Below the pieces are notes generated by a model. The model worked only from the letters and a program-made list of their open reading frames with translations. It made no database searches and was not told the DNA's origin. A DNA stretch of 64,000 nt from Planctomycetota bacterium (GTDB taxonomy: Bacteria > Planctomycetota > B15-G4 > SIAN01): assembly GCA_031409275.1 (NCBI GenBank), contig JANNXA010000051.1:1-64000 (forward strand), given 5' to 3'. Below are positions 1-9,595 of the stretch, piece by piece. Within the stretch, counting starts at the first letter, position 1. Every line of letters begins with the position of its first letter. A program made the translations under genes and the position numbers.

Positions 1-138
1 CATCCCCGGAGAAGCCCCGGCGGCCTCGATCCACGCCACGTCGGCCGGCCACAACGCTGCTCCAGCGATCTCCATCCCTCAGGATCTACCGATCGCCGGG
101 CGCCGTGTCCAGCGGGGGGACTTGTGGACGGTGGTCAG
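1..138 (-). mobile_element. End of an IS4-family (IS50/Tn5-like) insertion sequence running off the left edge
   Basis: Minus strand 138->120 reads CTGACCACCGTCCACAAGT, 13/19 identical to the Tn5 outside end CTGACTCTTATACACAAGT. An inward ORF starts at ATG 75 (MEIAGAALWPADVAWIEA...) after GAGGG. The flanking methyltransferase is cut at this point. Confidence 0.6.
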
Positions 139-611
139 GTGCCCCCGACGCCATGGTCGTCGCCACCGACCTCGCCGACTCGATGCTGGCGCTCGCGCGC
201 AAGAACGTCGATGGCGCCGGATTCGCCAGCCGCATCGAAGTCGTCAAAGGCGATGGCAAGCGGCTGCCGTGGCCGGACGACCGATTCGGCGCGGTGATGT
301 CGAACAGCATCGTCCACCACATTCCGGAGCCGGCGCACGTCCTCGCCGAGGCGCTGCGGGTCACTCGGCGCGGCGGATTGCTCTTCTTCCGCGATCTGCT
401 GCGACCTGACGACGACGCGACGGTGAACCACCTCGTCGACACCTACGCGGCCGGCGCCAACGAACACCAACGCGCCCTCTTCGACGCGAGCCTGCGCGCG
501 GCGCTCACCCTCGACGAAGTGCGAGAGCGCGTCGATGCGCTCGGCCTGTGCCGCAACTGCGTCCAGGCGACCAGCGACCGCCACTGGACCTTCGCCGCGC
601 GCGTGCTCTGA
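139..611 (+). pseudogene. 5'-truncated class I SAM-dependent methyltransferase
   Basis: Keeps VVATDLADSML, VKGDGKRLPWPDDRFGAVMSNSIVHH and RGGLLFFRD, but motif I (DxGxGxG) and the N-terminus are missing, replaced by the IS-like end. Confidence 0.65.
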
Positions 612-645
612 GACGGGCAGCGGGTCGAGCGGCTCGCCGCAGCGC

Positions 646-2646
646 TCAGTGAAAGTGGACGCTCGCCACGCCCGACCAGCCGACCCGCGCATTCCACGCC
701 TCGAAGCCGACCGACTGGAAGTCGACGTCGAAACCGGCCAGGCAGTCGGGCACGTCGACGACGAGCGAGCGCGTGCCCGTCCCATCGAAGCTGCCGACAT
801 CGACCGTGAGGAAGAGCGGCACGCCATCGACCGCGACCGCGGCCAGCATCATCAGCATCCCGGGCGCGCCGCCGCTGGTGGCGAAGGTCAGCGTCTCGCC
901 CGGTCCGACGTCGTTCGGATCGGCCGAGAGCGCGAGGTGGGTCACGACCTGCTCCTCGAGCACGAGGAACTGATCGACCGCGACGTTCCGCCAGGTGTTC
1001 ACCGCGCCGCTCGGCCACTCGATCGTCAGCTCGTCGACCTGCGTCGCCGCACCGAGACCGAAGTGGACTGCGAGCTGGTCCTGCCCGTGCGCACCGGCCC
1101 CGCCGACCACCTGCCGCAGGTAGCGCTGCTTCCCGACGCGCGCCGTCACGCGCGACCCGATTGCGCTGCGATTGCTGGCGACGCCGAGCAGCTTGACCTG
1201 CAGCCAGTGCCCTTGGTTGGGCGAATCGTTGCGCAGGAGCTTGATCCCGCCGGGCTGGCTCGGATCGAGGTATTCGTCGACCCAGGCGAGGTCGAGGTCG
1301 CCGTCGCGGTCGTAGTCGGCCGCCGCCCCGCCGAACGTGTGGCCGGGAAAACTCACACCCGAGGCAGCGCTGACGTCGGCGAACGTGGTGTCGCCGCGGT
1401 TGTGGTAGAGGAAGTTGGTGTGCGCCGCCTTGATCGTGGTGCCGACGAAGAGGTCGACGAAGCCGTCCTGATCGAGGTCGGCAAAGATCACCGCCCACGA
1501 GTCGTCCGCTTCGACGCCCGACGCGGCGGCCACGTCATCGGTGAAGGTGCCGTCGCCATTGTTGAGGTAGAGCGGGTTGCAGGCGGGATCGAACGGGAAG
1601 ATCAGGTCGGACATGTAGAGGTCGAAGTCCCCGTCGTTCTCGATGTCGGCCGCGATCACCCCCATGTTGGCCGTCGCGTCGTCGCCGAACCCCGCCGGGG
1701 AGGCGGCGTTCCCGTCGATGTAGGCACCGACGCCATCGTGGAAGTAGACGCGATCGATCGCCTCGGCGCGCACCACCCCGGTGTGGCCCACGTAGAGGTC
1801 GGGCCAGAGGTCGTCGTCGAGATGGGCGGCGATGAAGCCGAGCGTCGGGCGCAGCCGCTTCTGCGGATCGCCCACCACCGGCAATCCGAACGACGCGGTG
1901 GCGTCGACGAAGCGGCCGTCGCCTCGATTGCGGAACAGCCGATCTTGGTTGGCGTCGCTCGTCCCCTTGGGCGCAGGCATCGCCCATTGGCCGACGTACA
2001 GGTCGAGCCAACCGTCGCGGTCGGCGTCGAGGAAGCCGCCGATCGCGCTGCGATAACCCGGATAGTCGTTGCCGAGCGGCGGGACCGCCGGAAGATCGAC
2101 GCCCGCCTGCACCGCCCGATCGACGAAGTTGGGGCTGCGCAACGTGCGACCGTTCTCGACGAACTGATTGGCGAGCAGGAGGTTCAACGGGCCATCGAGC
2201 GGCCCCCTGTTGAAGTGGTGGTCCTCGTGGCTGGCGAAGACGTAGAGATCAGGGTCACCGTCGTTGTCGTAGTCGCCGGCCACGGCCCCCATCAACTCGA
2301 CGTCGGGAAGCGTCGGCAGCAGGTCGCTGCGCAGCTCGAAGGTCGCGTCGCCGCGGTTGCGGTAGAGCTCCTTGGAGTGGCCCTTGCCGTTGACGATGAA
2401 GAGGTCCTCGAAGCCATCGTCGTCGAAGTCGAACCAGGTGATGCCGAGGGCGTGGAGGCTCTCCGTGACCAGCGGCGCCCCGCTGAAGCCCGAAGTCGCC
2501 GAGACGTCGGTGAAGAGGAGCTGCGCTCGCGCCGCCGATGGAATCAGCGCGAGCGCCGTCGGCAGCGCGAGCCAGCCGACCGCACGGCCGACGATTGCTC
2601 CCGCGCGATCGAGCCGACCCGTCGACGCCCACTTCCCAGTTGGCAT
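646..2646 (-). CDS. CRTAC1-like FG-GAP repeat / ASPIC-UnbV domain protein, secreted
   Basis: Signal-peptide-like N-terminus, many DxDxDGxxDL repeats, SNRSAIGSRV...HFGLG...IEWPSG ASPIC/UnbV motif, plus an extra C-terminal ~100 aa domain. Confidence 0.9.
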   Translation of the reverse strand: MPTGKWASTGRLDRAGAIVGRAVGWLALPTALALIPSAARAQLLFTDVSATSGFSGAPLVTESLHALGITWFDFDDDGFEDLFIVNGKGHSKELYRNRGDATFELRSDLLPTLPDVELMGAVAGDYDNDGDPDLYVFASHEDHHFNRGPLDGPLNLLLANQFVENGRTLRSPNFVDRAVQAGVDLPAVPPLGNDYPGYRSAIGGFLDADRDGWLDLYVGQWAMPAPKGTSDANQDRLFRNRGDGRFVDATASFGLPVVGDPQKRLRPTLGFIAAHLDDDLWPDLYVGHTGVVRAEAIDRVYFHDGVGAYIDGNAASPAGFGDDATANMGVIAADIENDGDFDLYMSDLIFPFDPACNPLYLNNGDGTFTDDVAAASGVEADDSWAVIFADLDQDGFVDLFVGTTIKAAHTNFLYHNRGDTTFADVSAASGVSFPGHTFGGAAADYDRDGDLDLAWVDEYLDPSQPGGIKLLRNDSPNQGHWLQVKLLGVASNRSAIGSRVTARVGKQRYLRQVVGGAGAHGQDQLAVHFGLGAATQVDELTIEWPSGAVNTWRNVAVDQFLVLEEQVVTHLALSADPNDVGPGETLTFATSGGAPGMLMMLAAVAVDGVPLFLTVDVGSFDGTGTRSLVVDVPDCLAGFDVDFQSVGFEAWNARVGWSGVASVHFH

Positions 2647-2791
2647 GTCTCGTCACTCCTGCCGTCCGGCCGAACGGCCACCGAATCCGTCCCCGCACGG
2701 CGCTGCGGGAATCGGCGATCGGGACGGAAGATAGCCGTGGCACGCGATCGCGAAAGGGATGCGCAAAAGCGTCCCGCCGCACTTGCCACTC

Positions 2792-4975
2792 TCAGAAGCG
2801 CAGCGTCCAGCCGACCTTGAGAGCAAGTTCCGTGTCGAGCGGGACCATGCTCCCGGGCTCGCGCAACCATCCCTGGTTCACCACCAGGAACGCCTCCTGG
2901 CCGGGATCGAAGATCCACCAGAGGCGGCTGTTCAGGCTGATCGAGTCGCTCAGGTTGTCGTGCTGCACGAAGCTCGACCACACCACATCCTGGCTGAACT
3001 GGATCGCGAGACGCAGTCGGGTGACGCGAGTGATGAAGCTGCCGCCCTCGAGGTTGGCGTCGGTGCGTTCCCAATCGAGCGACGCGTTCCACCAGCGGTT
3101 GGGCCGGACCGTCGCCGACGCCGCGACGTCGTAGCTGTGGCCGTCGTAGAAGCCTCCGCTCGAGCCATCGAGCCGCAGCGCGAGCAGCCGGCCGTCCGAA
3201 CTCTCGACCTCGCCACTCACGCGCGCGAAGCGATGACCGTCGGCAGCGATCACCACGCCATCGACGATCTCGAACGGCTCGTCGAGATGCTCGTAGACGC
3301 TCGACACCTTGAGCGCGGCCTCGTCGCCCTCCTGCAGCTCGACGCCAAGTGCAGTGAAATCGAGCTGCGACGTCTCCGTGCGATTCCCGAGGTCGGTGTA
3401 GAGCAACGGCCGCGCGCCGAAGGTGAACTGCCGCACGACGCCGTTGGCGCGCGGCTGCCAGAAGAGGCGGCCTTCGTACCGCTTCACGCCGACACGCCGC
3501 ACGAAGCCGAGCTTCGGGTCGAACTCGTCGTCGAGCAGCGTGAGGTTGGCGGCGGCGTCGTACTCATCGTTGGGCAGCGCGACGCCGAAATGGCCGGCCA
3601 ACCCCTCGCCGCCGACTCCTTTCGCATCCGTCGCGAGGAGCCAGGTGGTGAGTCGCAGGCTCTGGTCGCTGAGGAAGTCGTCGCGGCGGAAGTTGAAGTC
3701 GGCGCCGTAGGTTCCGGCGCGGCCGCCGCCGAGCGGATCGCCCTGCGTGACGATGACGCCGGCATCCGACTGCTCGAAGAGGTTCTTCGAGAAGCGGCCG
3801 GCGAAGAGGTTCTGTGCGTCGAGCTCGTGGCGATCGCCCGTCTGCACGTCGAGCAGCCCGAACGCGAAGCCATCCGTACGGCCCGACAGCTTCAACGCCG
3901 CGTCGAGCGGTACGGGTTGCCCGTCACCGTCGATGCCGATGCGCCGCGAGAAGAAGGGCAGCACCTCCGGCGAGCCGCCAAAGCGGCCGCTGCTGCCGAA
4001 GGTGAAGTTGCCGGCATCCTCGAGGAAGAAGTCGCGCTTCTCCGGGAAGAAGAGCGCGAAGCGCGTGAGGTTGACGCGCCGATCGTCGACCTCGGTCTCG
4101 GCGAAGTCGGTGTTGGCCGAGGCCGCGAGCTTCACGTTCGGGGTCAGCCGCCAGAAGAGATCGAAGCCGACGTCGCCCGTGGTGAATTCGCGCTCGGTCG
4201 CGCGGCGTCGCGAGTGGCGCACGACCGAGAAGGGGACGAGGTCGATGCCCAGCGACTGCTCGAGGTCGTGGATGCCCGTCAACGTGCCGCCGTTGCTCAT
4301 CCCGAAGAACGAGAGGCGCGGGTCGGGGCTCGCCCAGACCGCCGATTCGTTGCGCCGTCGCAGTCGCCGCACCACGTTGAAGCCGAAGCGAGTCGTGGCC
4401 GGGTCGAACGAGATCGACTGCAGCGGGATCTCGCACTCCGCTTCCCAGCCCGCCGGCGTCAGTCGCGAGTGGCCATGCCAGATCGCATCCCAGCGTTTGT
4501 TGAAATCGGAACCGTTGCGGGTGATCAGCGCATCGCCCTTCCCACCCGCCGGCCCGATCTGGAACCAGTAGGCGTTGCGACGATCGCAGAAGGGATCGAA
4601 CCAGAACTCGACGCGGTCATCGGGGTCAAGGTCGGCGTCGCGCTTGCTCTGCGTCGCGCGGATCGACTCGGGCTGCCGATCGAAACAGCGCATGCCCACC
4701 CAGATCGACCCGGCGTCATAGGCGAGCAGGATCTCGGTTGCCTCGCTGCCCGGCGCGCCGACGTCCGGCTCGCTCTGGCGCAGGTCGGTGAGGCGGGTCG
4801 CCCGCGACCAGAATTCGTCGTCGAGATTCCCGTCGATCGTGGGCCGCGCCAGCGCATCGGGGCGTCGGAACAGCTCGACCGAAGGCGTGCCCTCACCCGC
4901 AGCCGTCGTTGCGACCGGCGACGAAACACACGTGGCGGCGAGGCCACCGATCCAGAGGACGAAGGCGAAGCACAC
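2792..4975 (-). CDS. CBM9-like sugar-binding domain plus DUF5916-type outer-membrane beta-barrel protein
   Basis: PTIDGNLDDEFW and GWEAECEIP N-domain, NTDFAETEVD...FFPEKRDFFLE motif, C-terminal ...VGWTLRF. Confidence 0.8.
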   Translation of the reverse strand: MCFAFVLWIGGLAATCVSSPVATTAAGEGTPSVELFRRPDALARPTIDGNLDDEFWSRATRLTDLRQSEPDVGAPGSEATEILLAYDAGSIWVGMRCFDRQPESIRATQSKRDADLDPDDRVEFWFDPFCDRRNAYWFQIGPAGGKGDALITRNGSDFNKRWDAIWHGHSRLTPAGWEAECEIPLQSISFDPATTRFGFNVVRRLRRRNESAVWASPDPRLSFFGMSNGGTLTGIHDLEQSLGIDLVPFSVVRHSRRRATEREFTTGDVGFDLFWRLTPNVKLAASANTDFAETEVDDRRVNLTRFALFFPEKRDFFLEDAGNFTFGSSGRFGGSPEVLPFFSRRIGIDGDGQPVPLDAALKLSGRTDGFAFGLLDVQTGDRHELDAQNLFAGRFSKNLFEQSDAGVIVTQGDPLGGGRAGTYGADFNFRRDDFLSDQSLRLTTWLLATDAKGVGGEGLAGHFGVALPNDEYDAAANLTLLDDEFDPKLGFVRRVGVKRYEGRLFWQPRANGVVRQFTFGARPLLYTDLGNRTETSQLDFTALGVELQEGDEAALKVSSVYEHLDEPFEIVDGVVIAADGHRFARVSGEVESSDGRLLALRLDGSSGGFYDGHSYDVAASATVRPNRWWNASLDWERTDANLEGGSFITRVTRLRLAIQFSQDVVWSSFVQHDNLSDSISLNSRLWWIFDPGQEAFLVVNQGWLREPGSMVPLDTELALKVGWTLRF

Positions 4976-5046
4976 GCAGCGCGCTCACTCCGGGACGCAA
5001 GAAGATGGCGCACTCTACGCCGCGCGCCCTTCGCCGTTCCCGACAC

Positions 5047-5763
5047 TCAGCGGCGCGTGCTCTTCAGCAACGCCTCGCCGAGGCTGCAAGCGAACCACGC
5101 GTCCGCTTCCGGTTCCGTGCGACCGAACTCCGCCGCGCGCCGCCACCCGATCGCCAGCGCGAAGAGCGCGTGGATCACCTTCATCACGGAGAGCTCGAAC
5201 GCGAGGCGACGCAGCGGATCCTGCTTCGCCGCCGCGGCCTCGAGCAGCAACGCCCAGCGCTTGCGGAAGGCGAGCGGGAAGAAGGTCATGCGCAGGACCT
5301 CCTGCGACTGCAGCTGCTGCAGCGCCCGGTAGTCGCGCACGAGGTCATCGATGGCGACCGCCGGATCGCCGTAGGCACCGCCATCCGCCGATTCGGTCAG
5401 CGAACCGGCCAGCACCAGCAGGACCTCGAGTTCGTCGCCGGAAGGGTCATCTCGAGAATCGCGACGCAGACCCGATTGGCGCGCCAAGGCGACGGCCGCC
5501 AGCAGCTCGTCGCCGCTCGCTTCGCCGCCCGCCTCGCTCGCGCCATCGAGCGATCGCACCGGCGCGCCCATCGCCATCCCGCCTTCGTGGTGCTCGAGAT
5601 GGCCGAGCGCCCGCTGCACCAGGAAGACGAACGCGCGCGCGAGCGGAGTCTCCTGCGGCTCGATTCGATCGAGCACGCGCACCAGCTGCTGGAAGATGCG
5701 CAGCCATTTGCGCGCTCGCGCGCGCGCGACGCCAAGGGCGCCGCGTTCGGTGGTGACCTGCAT
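5047..5763 (-). CDS. Hypothetical protein
   Basis: ATG 5763 is preceded by GGAGG; the ORF fills the gap between two minus-strand genes; no motif recognised. Confidence 0.65.
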   Translation of the reverse strand: MQVTTERGALGVARARARKWLRIFQQLVRVLDRIEPQETPLARAFVFLVQRALGHLEHHEGGMAMGAPVRSLDGASEAGGEASGDELLAAVALARQSGLRRDSRDDPSGDELEVLLVLAGSLTESADGGAYGDPAVAIDDLVRDYRALQQLQSQEVLRMTFFPLAFRKRWALLLEAAAAKQDPLRRLAFELSVMKVIHALFALAIGWRRAAEFGRTEPEADAWFACSLGEALLKSTRR

Positions 5764-5802
5764 CGCCGTCCTCCGCACGCGCGGCCTGGTCGGACGTCTC
5801 CG

Positions 5803-6306
5803 TCAGGCGGACGCGCTGCTGCCCTCGTCGGCAGCCCGCTGGCGCGACTTGAGGACCGCTTCGACCAATCCGGCGCAGGCGTCGTCGAGCAGCGCGAAGA
5901 CCTCGGCAAAACGGCCATCGAGGTAGGGATCGGGCACGTCTTCGGCACCGCTCGCGCCGCAGGGCAAGAGCAGTTCGAGCGAGGCGCGCCCCGGTGGATG
6001 CCGCGCGAGGCGGCGCAGCACCGCGCGATCGACGGCGAGGATGCGGTCGAACTGCGTGAAGTCGGCCGCCTCCACGCCGCGGCAGGTCAGGCCACTGGCG
6101 TCGACCCCATGGCGCTCGAGCACGGCCAGGGTGTCGGGATGGGCCGGCCCGCCGGGATGAAACGGCTGGGTGCCGGCGGAGGTAACGCCGATCTGCGCGC
6201 CGGCGCCGCGCCGCGCGGCGTGATGGCGCACCAGCGCCTCCGCCATCGGCGAGCGGCAGAGGTTGCCGTGGCAGACGATCAGCAGCGTGGTGGGCGGCGA
6301 ATCCAT
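5803..6306 (-). CDS. Low molecular weight protein-tyrosine phosphatase
   Basis: P-loop VCHGNLCRSPMAE, SAGT and DVPDPY motifs. Confidence 0.92.
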   Translation of the reverse strand: MDSPPTTLLIVCHGNLCRSPMAEALVRHHAARRGAGAQIGVTSAGTQPFHPGGPAHPDTLAVLERHGVDASGLTCRGVEAADFTQFDRILAVDRAVLRRLARHPPGRASLELLLPCGASGAEDVPDPYLDGRFAEVFALLDDACAGLVEAVLKSRQRAADEGSSASA

Positions 6307-6385
6307 GAGCGGCAGCATGCCGCGGCGCGCGCGGGCTACAATCCGAGGCCGTTCGCGCCCCACTCCCTCGTCGAGAACCCCCGCC

Positions 6386-6745
6386 GTGCCGATCACCAAG
6401 GAACAAGTCGTCGAGGTGATCAAGACCGTCTACGACCCCGAGATCCCGGTCAACATCCACGACCTCGGGCTGATCTACGACGTCGACGTCGACGGCCAGG
6501 AGGTGAACGTCGTGATGACGCTCACCTCGCCGAGCTGCCCGTCCGCGCGCGAGATCCCCGCTTCGATCGAGTCGCGCGTGATGAAGACGCTCGGCGCCGC
6601 CAAGTGCCTCGTGCACATCGTCTGGAGCCCGCCGTGGGGCCCGCACCTCATCTCGCCGACCGGGAAGAAGATCCTCGGCATCGGTGACGAGGCGCCGCAG
6701 AGCGCGGAAGGCGAGGACGGCGACTTCAATCCCAGCGAGCGCTGA
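6386..6745 (+). CDS. DUF59/SufT-like metal-sulfur cluster assembly factor
   Basis: VYDPEIPVNIHDLGLIY, MTLTSPSCP and VWSPPW signature; GTG start inferred. Confidence 0.9.
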   Translation: MPITKEQVVEVIKTVYDPEIPVNIHDLGLIYDVDVDGQEVNVVMTLTSPSCPSAREIPASIESRVMKTLGAAKCLVHIVWSPPWGPHLISPTGKKILGIGDEAPQSAEGEDGDFNPSER

Positions 6746-6786
6746 ACGCCACCCGAACTCCGCCCCGCCGCCAGGAACTGCGCTCC

Positions 6787-7587
6787 ATGTCCGATGCTGC
6801 CTTCGACCTCTATCGCGCCGGTCTCAAGCTGCACCGTGCGAAGGACTACGCCGGCGCCATCCGTTCGCTCGAGCAGGCAGTCGCGCTCGACCCGACGCTG
6901 GCCGACGCCTGGGAGGCGCTCGGCGTCCTCTATGACAAGAGCGGTCGCACCGATGACGCCATCGTCGCGACGCAGCGCCTCGTCGCGCTCAAGCCCGACG
7001 AGATCATGGCGCACACGAACCTCTCGCGCTTCTTCATGAAGAAGGGGCTGAAAGAGAAGGCGGAGGAAGAGCAGGGCAAGGCGCGCCTGCTGGGCTGGAA
7101 GCAGGAGCTCGCGAGCGGCGGAGACCACGGCAGCGAGCTGCAGCAGGCCGCCGCGCCGGCCGCGGAACCGGCGGCACCGATGCTCGTCTCGTTCCTGGAC
7201 GGTTCGACGCCGCCCGCCGCGCCGCCGCCACCGATCGCGCCCGCCGTCGCCGCCGCCGCGCTCGCCCGCAAGATCGCGCAGTTCGAGACGCTGATCGCGC
7301 ACGACTCGAACGACGTGCTGTCGCGCTTCACGCTCGGCCGCGCCTACCTGGAAGCGGGGCGCGCCGCCGACGCCGCCGCGATGCTGGAGCAGGTGCTGGC
7401 GCTCCAACCCGACTACACCGCGGTCTACGTCACGCTCGGCGAGGCGTACGAGAAAGCGGGCAAGCTCGCGCGCGCGCTGAAGAGCTGGGCGCGCGGGATC
7501 GAGCTCGCGCAGCAGAAGGGCGACCTCCACCCGCGCAACCAGATGCAGGAGCACCTCGCGCGACTGCAGAACGCGCCGCCGAGCTGA
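6787..7587 (+). CDS. Tetratricopeptide repeat protein with two TPR modules
   Basis: TPR patterns (ALDPTLADAWEALG; LQPDYTAVYVTLGEAY) on either side of a Pro/Ala linker. Confidence 0.85.
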   Translation: MSDAAFDLYRAGLKLHRAKDYAGAIRSLEQAVALDPTLADAWEALGVLYDKSGRTDDAIVATQRLVALKPDEIMAHTNLSRFFMKKGLKEKAEEEQGKARLLGWKQELASGGDHGSELQQAAAPAAEPAAPMLVSFLDGSTPPAAPPPPIAPAVAAAALARKIAQFETLIAHDSNDVLSRFTLGRAYLEAGRAADAAAMLEQVLALQPDYTAVYVTLGEAYEKAGKLARALKSWARGIELAQQKGDLHPRNQMQEHLARLQNAPPS

Positions 7588-7602
7588 ATCGCGCCCCCGC
7601 GC

Positions 7603-8187
7603 TCACTCGCGGCATTCGACCGGGAAGCGCTGAGCGACCGAAGCGGCGAACTCGCGGATCGCGCCGCCGGTGCAGAAGACGCTGAGCCGTCGATCGGAGC
7701 GCGACAGGAACTTGCCGACGCGCAGCAGCGGCTGCTGCCAACCGGGCTGCGTCGCGATCCACGCTTCGCGGTCGCGCATCCACAGGCCAAGCCCGGTGTG
7801 CTTGCCGGCGCGCACGTAGCCGATGGCGGCGAGATCGCTCCATGCGAACGACTCGCCCTTGCCAAGCCGCGGCAGGTAGTGCAGCCCGCGCGCATCCGCG
7901 ACGACGACCGGCCGCGGCGACAGCAGCATCGGCAAGACGATCAGCTCGAGCGCGCCGCCCATGACCAGGACGACCACCATCGCGACCAGCGAATCGCCGG
8001 TCTCGCGGCCGATCGAAATGGCGATGAGCCCCGCCGCGCCGAGCAGCGTCAGCAGCCCGCCCATCGCGAGCATCGCGACGATCAGCCCCTTCGACGGCAT
8101 CAACTCGACCCGCGCGTCCCGGCCGGCGCCCGCCGCTTCAACGGCCGCTGGCATCGTGCCTGCTCCATCCGCGACGTCGCGTCCCAT
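7603..8187 (-). CDS. Hypothetical membrane protein (two TM helices plus PH-like domain)
   Basis: Two hydrophobic helices followed by PVVVADARGL...FAWSDL; start codon uncertain. Confidence 0.6.
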   Translation of the reverse strand: MGRDVADGAGTMPAAVEAAGAGRDARVELMPSKGLIVAMLAMGGLLTLLGAAGLIAISIGRETGDSLVAMVVVLVMGGALELIVLPMLLSPRPVVVADARGLHYLPRLGKGESFAWSDLAAIGYVRAGKHTGLGLWMRDREAWIATQPGWQQPLLRVGKFLSRSDRRLSVFCTGGAIREFAASVAQRFPVECRE

Positions 8188-8198
8188 CGAGGTGTTGC

Positions 8199-9584
<1,386 letters not shown>

Positions 9585-9595
9585 GCGTCGCGCTC

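Noticed and set aside
2738..2752. TGGCACG resembling a sigma-54 -24 box
   Set aside because: No TTGC at the required spacing, and it points antisense to the flanking genes.
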